A stretch of DNA of 64,000 bases, from contig JAUZTB010000107.1 of the NCBI GenBank assembly GCA_034780895.1, positions 63,590,435 to 63,654,434 on the forward strand, given 5' to 3'. The position numbers and the translations under genes are program-made. Origin of the DNA: Rhynchobatus australiae (taxonomy: Eukaryota). The notes beneath the pieces were generated by a model. That model was given only the letters and a program-made list of their open reading frames with translations. It made no database searches and had not been told where the DNA came from. Of this stretch, positions 1-13,030 are shown piece after piece (the stretch's first letter is position 1; every line of letters starts with the position of its first letter).

Positions 1-649
1 AACATCTTTGAGAAAGAGACTCTTGTGGGGAACTCGCAACAAAACCATTAATATGACCCTGAGCACTCGCTGTGCGCAGAAAAACCAGTTCTAATATTAG
101 TGAGCCATATAAAATTGCAGATTTTAATTACTCCATACATACTGAATTAATCTGCAACCAGATAGGGTGCTCCACAAATAAGATCATGACCCTACTTTCC
201 AGTTCAAAATTGAGAAAATAAGTATCCATGATCCACAGACTAATTGGAGAGGTGGGAGACTTGGATTTTAATGCCAGTTGAATTTTCCTCTATTTGCAAG
301 GAAATTGGGAGCAAGAACTCTGTATATTTGAAAGGCTTTTAGCAAGGGGCAATCAGAAAAGACAGGTGAGGAAGTCGAGCACAGTGGAATATAAGTGAGT
401 TCTCCAATGTGCTGCAGTATCATCCACAACTGACGTGTAAGGGCGGCCCCGTATTTATCACTGCAAGTGAAAAGGAGAAGCATTGACAGCAATTCATTAT
501 GCTATCTCTTTGAGTCTGCGTGCCTTCTCCGTTGAAGCTGTTTATTCAGTGGTGGTGTGTTCTGAAATTCTGGAATATGAGTTCTAACACCACTAACCCC
601 ACCGCACACTTAACAATGTGGGATCAGCATCTTTAATTACTGGACACTT

Positions 650-775
650 TTAGCAAATGTGATCTTCCCGTTGAAACTCTAACAGTGACTTTGCTTCAAA
701 AATATTTAATTAATGCAAGAAATCTCCAAAACATTCTGAAGTCATGATATGCAATGTAAGTACATTCTTTTCTTT
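650..775 (+). mobile_element. Decayed DeuSINE (SacSINE1/AmnSINE1-like) 3' portion
   Basis: aacagtgactttgcttcaaaaatatttaatt...tgtaagtacattcttttcttt resembles the DeuSINE tail (ACAGTGACTACACTTCAAAAGTACTTCATTGG...AAATGCAAGTCTTTCTTT) and the copy at 35025-35465. Confidence 0.45.
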
Positions 776-1525
776 CAACGTATGTTTTTAAAAAAAGTGA
801 AGCTTTTTTTCCTCAGTTTTATCTTGCCTTTATATGCCAAAAAAATAGCTGAATGTGGATGTACAGGCCTCTTACCATTGGCTGCATTCATAATGTAAAT
901 TCCTTGCACTAAACACACTGGTCCTTGGGAGCTTGAATTTTCACAGGATCTTGGAGCTATGTGTCCACAAATGTGCACTTTGATTAGAGGAATTAGTGCC
1001 CGGATTTCTAATCAAAGAGTCGGCCCCCAATTTGCTTTGAATTAGTTCAGACCTTGTGTGTGGAAACCAAGAGCAACAGCACTTTTATGTGTTCAATCTC
1101 TGAAGGCACTTAGTGCAATAATTAAATTCTATTGGCAGCCTGAGATGGGGTAAAAAATTTAGCCTGATTTTAAGTTTTTAACCAGCACCATTATTCTACC
1201 TGTACATCAGGCAAATTAAGAAATGGAAATGTATTCCATTATTTGAAGCAGGTGACTGAAGTTGGCTCTTGGCCAGCAAAACTCCTGCGAGACCAGGGGA
1301 GGAGACTGGAGATGATGTTGAGGGCAAGGTTTCAATGTAACAGCTTGTTGAATAATGAATTGGTTCAAGAACAGCTCAAGTTCAGGAGCTGCTTGTAACC
1401 GTAATTCCTCTGTTTCTGCAAGCCACTGATTTATCTTGCAGGTAAGGAAAGAGGGAATGGAAAATGACTGAAAACATAATCTTCCAATTACTAATTTGGC
1501 AATAAGCAATCCATTTTTCTCAAAG

Positions 1526-1550
1526 GAGAGAGAGAGAGAGAGAGAGAGAG
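1526..1550. repeat. (GA)n microsatellite
   Basis: Directly visible. Confidence 0.95.
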
Positions 1551-2525
1551 TTGATTCCTGTGGGATTTATTGAACTTCTGCCTGCTAATGTCGGTGAACT
1601 GGAAGTGTTTGAAAATCAGCTTAAACTTTAAGTCATTATTGAAACTTTGAAATGGCAGTGCTCAAATCGCACTCTATTTCTACTTCAGCTGAGGTGCTGA
1701 TATTCTAATAAATGTGCCTCGTCTGTGCATTGATTAACAGCCACAGCATCACAAAATTCATGGGGAAAGGACTTTCTCTTGTAACCCCATCACTCAGGCT
1801 GAAGATGAGTCTGCCCGTGAGTTGACATAGTCCAGTACCCCATTGGCTAAAGAATTGACTTGTTGTCAGGTCTCTCAAGTTCAAGGATCTTTTGGACAAG
1901 GTAATTTAGGAAGCTTTGGACATGAGCTATGATATTTCAAAAACACCTCTCCTTATTTTGCTTTATCCATCCCACTGGAATTAATACTTTTCCAATTTCT
2001 TCACATGGCATATAATTTATCGATAGCCACTTCACGTCATCTGGGTGAGCAAGCGTGTGCTTGCTCACATGAGTAGGGTTTGGGAATGTAAGAAGTATTA
2101 GTTACAGCGTTGTTCTGATTAAATCTAGCCCAAGTACTTGACATTTCCTCCACCAGAATTGGTGAGCAGATGAAATTCTGAGCAAGAATGCCTGCTGTTT
2201 TCTTTTCATATTTTAGTCGGGCTCTTGCCCCCATTTGTTCTGATCATCATTTGCATTTCTGTCATCGGTGACATTTGTGGAGAGAAACAGCAGATGGAAT
2301 CTGTCAGAATGACGCGTTGAATTAAGGTCAACCATATTCATGATTTGTAAGTGTGCTTTAACTCCTGTTTTTCAGTTCAGCTATATCCCTATTTCTCTTG
2401 TCTGTAAAGGGGCTGAATTATAGGTCTCTCCCACTCTTCACCCTTTGCCACTTGCAGAGGGAACTGTGGTCCAAAGACGGTGTCATTGGTATTAAAACCA
2501 CATCCCTATTTTATGTTTCCTTATA

Positions 2526-2740
2526 ACATGAGAGGCCATTCAGTCCATTAGCCTATGCTTGTTCTGAAAGCCATCCACCCCCCAAATTAATTTTTCCTGC
2601 AACCTGTTGTCCCTTTCTATTCCCATCACATATGCACCACCCATCCCAAATTCCACTACTCACCTACACATGAAGGGAAGTTTACAGTGGCTAATTAATC
2701 TACAGGCTCACAGGTTTTTAGGATGTGGGAGGAAACACCC
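2526..2740 (-). mobile_element. HE1-like V-SINE, 5'-truncated
   Basis: cacctacac...tttacagtggctaattaatctac...ggatgtgggaggaaac is the reverse complement of the HE1 body seen at 24500-24840. Confidence 0.75.
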
Positions 2741-3000
2741 TGTTCAATTGCAACAAAACCACCCTGTTTTTAAACTCCAACCCCTTTGGAATGAAGGCCA
2801 AAATGCCATTTGCCTTCTGAACGACTTGTTGGACCTGCCTGCAAGCTTTCTGTGATTCATGCACGAGAACACCAAGATCCCTCTGCACTTCACTCACTTG
2901 CAATCTCTCACCATTTAGAGAATATTCTTCCTTTTGATTTCTCTTACCAAAGTGCATGACCTCACATTTCCCTACATTGAATTTCCCACCTATCTGGTCT
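2741..3000 (-). mobile_element. CR1-clade LINE ORF2 fragment
   Basis: Translates KFNVGKCEVMHFGKRNQ...QRDLGVLVHESQKACRQVQQVVQKANGILAFI, typical of the CR1 RT C-terminal region. Confidence 0.9.
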
Positions 3001-3696
3001 CCAGCTTGAGAGAATTTTGCATACCTGGCCAAGTGGGCAACCAGTGGTAGTTTGTTTATGGTTTATGCAAAGAATTTCTGGCAGTTATTTCATATAATTC
3101 AATGGAGATTATTTAATTTCTGAGAATTCAGTGTTTCAAGCTGATCAAAGTTTTTCTTATGAAAAGGTTAGCAAATTTTTGAATAAAACATTTGTATTAT
3201 GTGTTTATTCAAAGTTGCTTTAATTATATAAGTATTAAAATGAATTGAATGAAATATAATTGTTGTGTGAAAGTGCTGTTGCAGTTGGTGTGAAAGTACT
3301 AGTTTAACATTAAGCAGTGAATACTCCCTCTTTGTTGTCATAATGCCACACAAACACGTCAGGAAATCATTGACAAAATAAGAAAAGCTAAGACCTCGTG
3401 CAACACCGAGGAGTCAGAACAAAAGCCTTGGTTAGTTTAGCCAGGTGAGGACATTTGTGATTGGCCACTCCACAAACAGCACACGTGAAAGATGCATCGA
3501 TGGGTTGTGCAGCTGACTTCATGCCACCCATGCCATTGTCAGTTTGGAATACCAGTTTCTTCAGCTGTCAGCCATCAGTGCAAAGGTTCAACAGCCAGAT
3601 CAAGGTTCCCTTGCCTGGAATGTAAAGACGTTAAGGAGTCTGAGGAGAGAGGGAGAATTTGGTCTTGAGGGAAAGCGGCAGATTGAATCAATATGT

Positions 3697-3975
3697 ATTC
3701 ATTGTGGGGAATTGTGAGGTTGTGCACTTTTGTAAGAGAAATCAAAGGGTAGATTATCATCTGAATGGAGAGAGACTGCAAATGAGTGGAGTTCTAGGTG
3801 TTCTAGTGCCTGAATCACAAAAAAGCTAGCAGCCAGGTCCAACAAGAAGTTAAGAAGGCAAACAGCATTTTGGCCTTCATTGCAAAGGGGTTGCTGCATT
3901 GATTATACTGAATGGCGGAGCAGGCTCAAAGGGCTGAATGGCCCCCTCCTCCTATTTTCCCATGTTTTCTGTGTT
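3697..3975 (+). mobile_element. CR1 LINE fragment, internally deleted, with 3' end
   Basis: Homologous to 2741-3000 (tgtgaggttgtgcactttt...aaggcaaacagcattttggccttcattgcaaagggg), then jumps to the CR1 tail gaatggcggagcaggctcaaagggctgaatggcc. Confidence 0.8.
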
Positions 3976-4507
3976 AACTCGCACAGTGTTTGTTGCATTT
4001 TGCAAAGGCCCACTTCAGCAGTGATGCAATAACCCTACATTTTTTGGAGCAGGCACTGTCCCATAAGTTTCATTTCTTTCTTCCATCATCGTCATGAGTT
4101 ATTTTGGGAACACAAAGGGCAGGAAATGCAGGATGCTGAATGACAAATACTATCTACTTATGAAATATAAGCATAAAGAAATTGAGGGAATGACAGAGAA
4201 GGAAATGGGTTGGATTAGGGTCAATTTACCTTCAGATGAAAAATGAAGATTGGATTGAAGGAGAAACAAAATTGGCATTGAAGGAGTATAAAGCTCCTTG
4301 TTAACAGACAGCTACATCCAGGCCCAAATCTTGAGGCAGCTTTTTTCCTGTTCACAAAATAAATCTTGCCACTTTGTTTTGTAGGTTGTGCAGTGGTTGC
4401 ACGGCTCATGGTGGAGTAGTACATATTGTTCAGTAAGTGCATCCCTGCTTCAATGCATTGTGTTTTTTTAACAGCATTCTAACAGTGATTGCACTTTGAA
4501 GTACTTC

Positions 4508-4969
4508 NNNNNNNNNNNNNNNNNNNNNNNNNNNNNNNNNNNNNNNNNNNNNNNNNNNNNNNNNNNNNNNNNNNNNNNNNNNNNNNNNNNNNNNNNNNNN
4601 NNNNNNNNNNNNNNNNNNNNNNNNNNNNNNNNNNNNNNNNNNNNNNNNNNNNNNNNNNNNNNNNNNNNNNNNNNNNNNNNNNNNNNNNNNNNNNNNNNNN
4701 NNNNNNNNNNNNNNNNNNNNNNNNNNNNNNNNNNNNNNNNNNNNNNNNNNNNNNNNNNNNNNNNNNNNNNNNNNNNNNNNNNNNNNNNNNNNNNNNNNNN
4801 NNNNNNNNNNNNNNNNNNNNNNNNNNNNNNNNNNNNNNNNNNNNNNNNNNNNNNNNNNNNNNNNNNNNNNNNNNNNNNNNNNNNNNNNNNNNNNNNNNNN
4901 NNNNNNNNNNNNNNNNNNNNNNNNNNNNNNNNNNNNNNNNNNNNNNNNNNNNNNNNNNNNNNNNNNNNN
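4508..4969. other. Assembly gap. Other gaps: 6614-6713, 11306-11405, 19231-19330, 24297-24396, 25058-25157, 26880-26884, 31947-32046, 38024-38123, 43291-43390, 51674-51683, 56573-56672, 60871-61359
   Basis: Runs of N; nine are exactly 100 N, probably unknown-size placeholders. Confidence 0.99.
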
Positions 4970-6713
4970 ACCAAGGCTCACTTGTGAAAATAGTGGCCAA
5001 TAGTGTTTGGAGCCAGTAGATTGTCCCCTGGCAAGAGAGTCATGATCTTTTACACAGGAAACCAAAAAAATAAACACAAAGGAAAGAAGTAAAATTGCAT
5101 AGATAATTATTTGGCATTGAATAGAACTGATTATCATTCAAGTCACTGCAGAGGGTTGAGCCTCATTAAATGGAGTGTTGAATTTTATTATGTGGGAGAG
5201 GGAGAGTTATTTACTTGGGTTTCTTGGCCCAACATCCTAAATCTAGCACGGTGGCCATCAGCTGTGTAGTTTCTCACTCATGATCGACTAGGCATTGAAA
5301 ACATTAAGTTAACTGAAGCAGAGTGCAGTATTATCTTTAAAAATTCATAGCTATTGGCTGGTGTGAATTAACCGTCATGTTGCATTGGGAAAGTGGGAAA
5401 ATTACAACTAGGGTCATCTGCAGGGCAATCAGATTCTGCTTCAGTTGGCCAAGGGGATTTTTTTCCAATAAAGCAGTAACACAACGGAAACTTTCTTCCT
5501 ATAACTCTCTGCCTCTTACTCTTACTCCTTCTGTCGTTCCCCCCTCTTATTACATTCAGCTTCGGCTTTCTCTGTCGCTGTGTCTCATACACTTTCCCGA
5601 GTCACCGCGGTTCTTCAAATCTTTGTGTCAGCCTCTATCACTCCAAACCTGCCTGACATTTGCTTATGTGCCTCTCTTTGGAACATGGATTGCCTGACGA
5701 TGTTATGTTGTAAGGCATTAAATACTCTTGCAGTGCACAGCAAAATCCTCACCAACTTGTAAGAATCTTTGGCTCACTACCACTCGAGATGGAGAAAGGG
5801 TCTTTGGGATGGCACTAAGCAGATGACTCCACAAGAAGCAGGCAGTAGCCATTAGCAGTGAAAGGAGCACTCTCACTGTATGCCATTATATGCTGAAAAG
5901 TTTCATTCTATCACATTTATTTATCTTCCATGGTTTTCTTGTGTAAAAAAAATGTTATTTCCTCATCAGAATAAGATTGGAATTTTGTTTCATTGCTGCA
6001 TTGGGTTAATTTTAGGTCCAGTAAGTAAGGCATTCAGTGTAATGCTGTCCAGAATCTGCTGCTGGTGTCAACCTTTCCGAGGCACAGGCCCTGCTACGAG
6101 GCCTGATTTAATCCTGTCTATATCTCCTCACTCTAGACTTTTAAATCACTGAAAACTTCCTTTACTACTCGATCAAAGGGCTTCATAAAATTAAGCACCT
6201 CAAAATAAAAGCCTTGCCTTGGTTGCCTCTCAAAGAATAAAAGGAGCCAAGGTGAGGCGAGGAAATCTCCCTATTGTCCTCGTAGACCTACTATCCACTG
6301 TGCTTTCTTTTCAGTTGTTGCCAAATTGTTCATTTGAGTCATTAAAGAATTGCTTTAAGATTGCATTCACCTTAATAATTGCTTCATCTGAATCACTTTT
6401 TAACATCTCCCCTTGACTGAAAAGAAAAACTGACCTGCAGTAGTTTTTGAAAGAACCATGTCTTTAGAAGGTGCAGTTACTCGAGAGGAGAGAAAATGAA
6501 AAATTGTCATTAGGTGTCAATTTTAGATTTAGTGCATTTTTGCAGCCTTTTCAAGGGTTCCTTCATGTGGTTTGCAAGAACTATTATTTTTCAACAGCTG
6601 ATTATATTTCATGNNNNNNNNNNNNNNNNNNNNNNNNNNNNNNNNNNNNNNNNNNNNNNNNNNNNNNNNNNNNNNNNNNNNNNNNNNNNNNNNNNNNNNN
6701 NNNNNNNNNNNNN

Positions 6714-6810
6714 GAGGGAAGGGTTAGATAGATCTTAGAGCAGGATAAAATGTCGGCACAACATTGTGGGCCGAAGGGCCTGTACTGTGCAGTAGTGTTC
6801 TATGTTCTAA
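6714..6810 (+). mobile_element. HER1/CR1 LINE 3' end
   Basis: ggcacaacattgtgggccgaagggcctgtactgtgc...gttctatgttcta tail. Confidence 0.85.
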
Positions 6811-6944
6811 GATAATTCACAACATCTCAAGAGCAGTAGGAATGGTCAGTAAATGTTGGCCTTGACAGAGATGTGCACCCTCTGTCGTTGAGTAAATGAG
6901 GAATCTGTCTCAGGGACATGTTATTACGTATTTACTTACCAATA

Positions 6945-7270
6945 CAGAGAAAGAGGCCATTAACTGCTGGTCCTGAGCATCAGTGCTAATCCCCCTGACT
7001 GATTTCCCAGTGCTCACGCAGCTTATTCTCTCCCACCTACCCATCAACTCCCCTTTGATTCTTTTGCCACTTGCCTACATTAAGAGGCACAAGACCCAAT
7101 TAACCTGTGAACATGTCTTTAGGATGTAGGAGAAAGATGTAGCACCTGGATGAAACCTGAGCAGTCATGGGGAGAATATACAAACTCACCATAGACAGCA
7201 CTAGGGGTTAGGATAGAAACCAGGTCCCAGGAGCTGTAAGGCTGCAGGACTAACTGCCGTGTCACCATGC
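6945..7270 (-). mobile_element. HE1-like V-SINE, near full length, decayed
   Basis: Reverse complement of tRNA-derived head and V-domain (ggggagaatatacaaactcacca...gacagcac...gaaaccaggtcccaggagctgtaaggc). Confidence 0.8.
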
Positions 7271-7904
7271 AACAATGTACCTTGGCAAACTACTCTTATA
7301 TTCAACATTTGCCTGTACTAGTGTACAAATGTATAATGTATATGTAGAACATATATCCTTCAAAAGAATTTGCATCCTCTTGCATACTTCACAGATCCCA
7401 CTGTATCATTACAAGCAAAGGTATTCAGAAAAACCTCTGCCTGTAATCTCACAATTAAAACTATCCAGAGTGTCCCATAGCTCTCTCTGTTTGAAATTCC
7501 CTGAGACAGGAATGGAAAGTGCTGGAATATTTCATTGTTCCGTCTCCATTTTGAGTGGTCAGGGGCCAGGGATTCCTGTGTCAGTGACAACGTTACATAT
7601 TTTGAAGGAGACTTTGAGAATGTCCTTGATGTTCCTCCATCATTGTAGAGGAACATCAGGAGGCTGGCATTGGTTCATCTTATCTTGCCAATGTACTTGA
7701 GAGAGTTTTGCAGAGATAACCTTGGCTAACTACAGGAACTGAGATCCAATGTGAGAGTTTCCAGCACTTGGAAAACCATACCACAAGAGGATCATGCCAG
7801 AATTTGATTCCTCTTATTGTGTGGAGCTTAATATTTTGTTCCTCAACTGCATTTGTCTTAATCCAGCTAAATCCCTGTCTTTAATCCATAGTCTAATAAT
7901 TTAC

Positions 7905-8000
7905 CTTAACAGAAAATGCTGGAAACACTCAGCGGGTGAACAGCATCTGTGGAGAGAAAAACAGGGTTAATGTTCCAGGTTAAAGATCCTTAATTAGAAT
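7905..8000 (-). mobile_element. Penelope-like element (PLE) terminus fragment
   Basis: aacagaaaatgctggaaacactcagcggg...cagcatctgtggagagaaaacagggttaatgtt, shared with the other PLE termini in the window. Confidence 0.75.
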
Positions 8001-9406
8001 AACTCTTTCTGTAAAAATGTTCTTCAAGCACTCTTTTCCTCAGGTGCTCTCTTGTCCACGGAGGCAATAATGAATTTCATGATCAGTGTTTGCTTTCATA
8101 GAGTGGTGGCTCCCAAGATATAGGATTGATCCACAATATGCAGGGTCTCACTGTTGAGCTTTATTGTCAGTGGGTGGTGTTGTTTAGCAGTCCAGGTTGG
8201 TGGAGGGCATTTATTTTGTGGATGTGAAGTATGAGACTATCTTCTCGTGTGCTTCAAGCGACTGAGCTGATGATAATTGGAGCACTGCCTTCAAACATGC
8301 ACACATGCAAGCATTGTCTGTGTATTGCTGCTGGATGACTGAAGTTGTGTGATCTGAGTTGATTAGTTCTACTCCGGCGGGGAGCTGTTGGAGGTGAGGT
8401 ACAACTTTGCAGTGAGAAAGATTGCCAATAGTATCGAGATTTCATCAGAACCTTGCTTAACACCAGTCTGCACTGACATTGGATCTGTCGTCCACCCACT
8501 GGTTAAGATCATGGCTTGCATGTCATCGTGGAGCAGAAGTAAGATGGAGACAAATTGTTATGGGTGGCTTAATTTGAGAATAATGCTCCTTAGTGCTACT
8601 CAAAAGTTTTTTAAAAAAGTTAGATATGGTGGTTAATGGTGCATTTTGTATTTATGTTGCAGCTGACATGTGACAGAGATTGAACAATGCTACTAGATTG
8701 ACTTAGGCCTTCATTGGTTGGGTTCTTTGTACTTGAAATGCAATTGAATGAATAATCACATGTCTGTAATTAAATGCACTTAATACCCTTTCAATTGCAA
8801 TTTTGCTTGTAGTGCAGGTTTTTTTTTACATTCTTGAAGATACAACTATAACATTCCTTGCCATTCTATATAGTACTGTTTCTGCTCCAATACTTTATTC
8901 TGCTCTGCTTCACGTTAACAATTTCTTCATGCACACTGAGGTGCCTTTTGTTCCTTTGTACTGTCCTGTAAAGGATAACATGGTAACTCGATCAGCCTGA
9001 GATTTTACTTACTGCTTTCAGCTTGTAACATTTTAAGTGTAATCCCATCATATCCCCTTGTTGACGGATAATGTGTACTGTATTTACTAGGCCATGTATT
9101 GGTTTGGCAGTTGTCCAACATCGTCTAAACGTAAAGTTTTCTGTGGAGCACTCGCTGATAACAATTGATTTTTTTTCTTTCAGGTTGAAAGCTTTGGACT
9201 ATTGGACATAGTGTTTTGGTGGTAGAGGAGTAAGGATAGGGGAAATCTTTCTCATCCTGCAGCTAAGCATTTCTGATGTTGGCAGTTTGACCTCAGCTGA
9301 GACTTGAATCTCTCAATGTCATCTGTAGCTACGGCTAGTGAAGTTGCTGTGGACTTTCGGTTTTCACATTATCTTTTGGTTTAAAATGCAGATTTTTTTT
9401 TTGGAG

Positions 9407-9548
9407 GCACGGGACTGCAGATACTAGAATCTGGAGTCACAAACAAAACACTGGACGATCTGAGCAGGTCAGGCAGCATCTATGGAGGGAAACAGAGTGT
9501 ACGTTTCAGGTCAAAACCTGAGATCCATTTCTCTCAGCATTTTGAATG
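9407..9548 (-). mobile_element. Short PLE-terminus insertion with 12-bp TSD
   Basis: gactgcagatactagaatctggag...caggcagcatctatggaggg; flanked by ttttttttggag at 9395-9406 and 9549-9560. Confidence 0.75.
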
Positions 9549-11749
9549 TTTTTTTTGGAGTTGCTTGTGTTCTTTCAAGTGCCCGAACTGATCGTGCTGA
9601 TGAATCATGGCCTTCCTAAAGTGAAATGCTGGTGGTGAATAATTTTGTACTTATTTGGAGATCTGCAGTATATCATCACCTTGAAGCCAGGTAGAGAAGG
9701 GGTAATTAATAGTCAAATCATAAATAATCAGTCCTGTGTTGTTGGCTATCTTTTATCCTTTGTTGACATCCCCTTTGAGAAATCTCACCCATTGGTCCTG
9801 TAAATCTTCAATTCCACTGTGGACAGAAAAGGACGTTGGCAAATTTTCATGAAGAATGTGCCACTTTATAAGATATAAAATGCATGGTGGTTAGTGTAGG
9901 CTTCATTGGCTCACAGGTTAACCAATGTCAGCAGATGGAAATGTGAAATATTAAGGAAAGTGCTGCTGGCCATTAAAGAATAAATAACCAATACATACTA
10001 GACATGCTATTTATAATTTGGTTGTCATGTTATGATTTGATTATCAGTGATCCTTTCTTTACCAGCTCATGCAAGGTCTTAAGCATTATCATGGACACCG
10101 CATGTTTCTCCTCCAGGGCCACTAGACAATGGCCTGGTCCAGTGTACGCCACCAATCCAATCTACAGCTGGATGCTTTGGCCAGGCAGGTTCTCCAATGT
10201 GTCCACCTTCCTCTCAGCTGGAGTCAAAAGCTATTGGTATAAAGCAGCGAAGGCTGGCTTTCCTTTCAGCTGTTGGGGTAACTTTTACTATTAACGTTTC
10301 CCTTTCTGGACCCCATCCTAATCACTACTTAGACTGATTTAGTGCCGCAACATTATTTATGTCTACCCAGGCTTTGATTACATGCCTCACCTGCACTGAA
10401 CACCATTCAATGCCATACGTTAGGGTTATATTAGTACACATCTCTGGTATGGGGAGTGTCAACATTTGATTCAAGGCAGAAGTCCTGGCAAGCAGAGACC
10501 CAGTTGCAGAGCTGTACAACCACTTGGGACCAGCTGGTCACATTTAGATCAGTGAGAGTTGAGTTTGATTGGCCACCTGTTTGATGGATCTGCAGTGCCT
10601 TTGTTATCCTTCAGGTAGGGGGTGTCGCATTAAGATTTCAAGTTGACAGCAGGCAAACTGTGTGCTTGTTATTGGCTGTAATACTGTAATGTAAATGCAC
10701 CTTAAGCGCTTCGCAAACAAAGCAACAGAGCAGCTGGTAGACAGGATTTAGCTTCCTCTCTGCCATTCGCTGCTCTGTTTGTTTCCATTCAACCACCTGA
10801 CATTTTGTGGCCTGCATGCAGTTACCTTCTGTTTTAATTAGTTAACTGCCTCTGTGTTACTGGATCATGTTTAATACCTTTCTAAGATTCATTTCCTCCA
10901 GTTGAATTTTAAATCGCTGGTTATTCATTGCAAAGGGATACTTAAGTTTGGGCATGTCCAGGGTTTTAACTTGCCAAGTGACAGGAAGGTGATCACAAGC
11001 TGAGTTCGGAACTGTGCGCTCTCTTTCTGCTGGTGGCCACTTGATCACTTAGATAAGCAAAAGCAATGGCAAAAGCTTTAAGTACAGAGGCAGAATAAAT
11101 GTGATGTGCCTGAATGACTCGATTTGCATGGAGTTCAATTCGCGGTCAAGAAGAACCTTTTAGTTCTGTTTAGCATAATACATTTGTGGCCTTATGTAAG
11201 GGTGAATTAGATTCAAGCATGCACATTACAACTATCAAAAGAAATAATGAGCATTTATATGGTGTCTTTTACCTACTCTAAGGTACAGAGCAAGACTGAT
11301 TGCGANNNNNNNNNNNNNNNNNNNNNNNNNNNNNNNNNNNNNNNNNNNNNNNNNNNNNNNNNNNNNNNNNNNNNNNNNNNNNNNNNNNNNNNNNNNNNNN
11401 NNNNNGGTCGTTTTGGCCAATGTGATAATATTGAAGCACAGTTACCATTCTAATGCTGGGAAGTATAGCATTTAGTTTCCACAACAGCAATGGAATTACT
11501 TGTGTCAGATACTGACATAACAGACAGGGAAAGACCTATTGGCCCATGTCACCTGCGCCATATGGTTGAATGTTTAAAATAGAATTGTTGGGATGTGGGT
11601 ATTACTGACAAAGCGAGTATTTATTGCCCTTGTCTTGGATTTGCAATATGTGGTTAGCATCCCCACCCCTCCCCCCCCAACCCCCTTCTCAACTGAGCCA
11701 TGCAACCTCTTGAGATAGGTGAATACCAAACTTAAAAGCATTTAGGTGG

Positions 11750-12050
11750 GTGAAATCCATCACAAAGGACCCTCACCATTGGGGACATGCCCTCTTCTCA
11801 TTACTACCATCAGGAAGGAGGTACAGGAGCCTGAAGACCTACACTCAACGTTTCAGAAACAGCTCCCCCTCCACAATCAGATTTCTGAATGGTCAATGAA
11901 CCCATGAACTCTGCCTCGTTATTCCTTTTTCTTTTGCACTATTTATTTATTTTTGTAAATTATAGCAATTTTATGTTTTTGCACTGTACTGCTGCTGCAA
12001 ATCAACACATTTCATGTCATACAAGACAGTGATAATAAATCTGATTCTGC
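11750..12050 (+). mobile_element. Rex1/Babar-type LINE 3' end
   Basis: Translates KDPHHWGHALFSLLPSGRRYRSLKTYTQRFRNS, followed by a 3' UTR ending gtgataataaatctgattct. Confidence 0.8.
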
Positions 12051-12399
12051 ACGTCTGCGAAATGTCGTCTTCTCATCAAAGCAAATCAGAGAGACCATTG
12101 TGGCCCTCGTCACGGTTCCTCACCTATCTCCGAAACAAGGAGATCTCCTCCACCATGGACAGTGCTCAAGACAAAGAAGACACAGAACCATTAACTGAGT
12201 GCTTGTTGCGGGATTATTATTGGTCAGGACACCGGGATCACGGCTGTCCTCTGCAGTGAAATTCATGATAAAGCCCCTGTCCAATGTGATTTTGGCTTGG
12301 AAAGATGATGACTATGCCTGGCAGCTGACCATTTTCTGACCCTTTGTTGTCTGGCACAGGTTATCTTAATGCCAAGCAACAAGTGACTTGCTCGGTTCC

Positions 12400-12852
12400 C
12401 ATTGGATTGTTGCCCATTTCTGGGCACCACACTTTAGGAAAGATGTCAACACATTGGAGAGGGTGCAGAGGAGATGCATTAAAATTTCAACAAGGATGAA
12501 GGCCATAAGCTATGTGGAGAAATCTGAGAAGCCATTCTCCTTGGAGCAGAGAAGATTAAGAGCAGATTTTATGGAGATGTTTAAAAGCCTGAAGGGTTTT
12601 GATAGAGTTGATGAGGCGAAACTGCTTCCATTGGCAGGCGTGTTTGAAGAGGACACAGACTTAATATAATTGGCAAAGGAACTGTTAGGGAGACGGAGTA
12701 TTTTTTATTATTGTTATGATCCTGAATGCACTTCCTTCAAAGTATGATGGAAGCTGATTCAATAATAGTCGGCAGGAATTTGGATTGATATGTGAAAGTA
12801 AAATTGTTGAGTGCAATTGGAAAAGAGCAGGGCAGTGGGATTTGTTAGTGAG
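12400..12852 (+). mobile_element. CR1 LINE ORF2 C-terminus and 3' UTR, decayed
   Basis: FWAPHFRKDVNTLERVQRR...FSLEQRRLRADFMEMFK. Confidence 0.9.
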
Positions 12853-13030
12853 CGACAATCTGCTGGAAGTACTCAGTGGGTCGAACAGTATCTGTGGGAG
12901 TAGAGGAATTGTCGACGTTTCGGGTAGAAGCCCTGCGTCAGGACTCACAGATGCTGCTCGGCTGGTTGAGTCCTTCCAGCAGATTGTTTGTTGCTCCAGG
13001 TTCCAGCATCTGCAGTCTCTTGTGTCTGCA
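12853..13030. mobile_element. Palindromic PLE-terminus element with hammerhead-like motif (12909-12946, minus strand)
   Basis: aatctgctggaagtactcag...cagtatctgtg versus cacagatgctgc...ttccagcagattgt form inverted arms; minus strand reads gagtc CTGACGC agggcttctaccc GAAAC GTC gacaa. Confidence 0.8.

Noticed and set aside
2190-2355. Strong acceptor tttcttttcatattttag at 2216
   Set aside because: All three frames hit stops before the next good donor; at most a non-coding exon, and unsupported
4430-5137. Longest ORFs in the track (also 60682-61442 and other X-containing ORFs)
   Set aside because: Open only because they read through N-gaps
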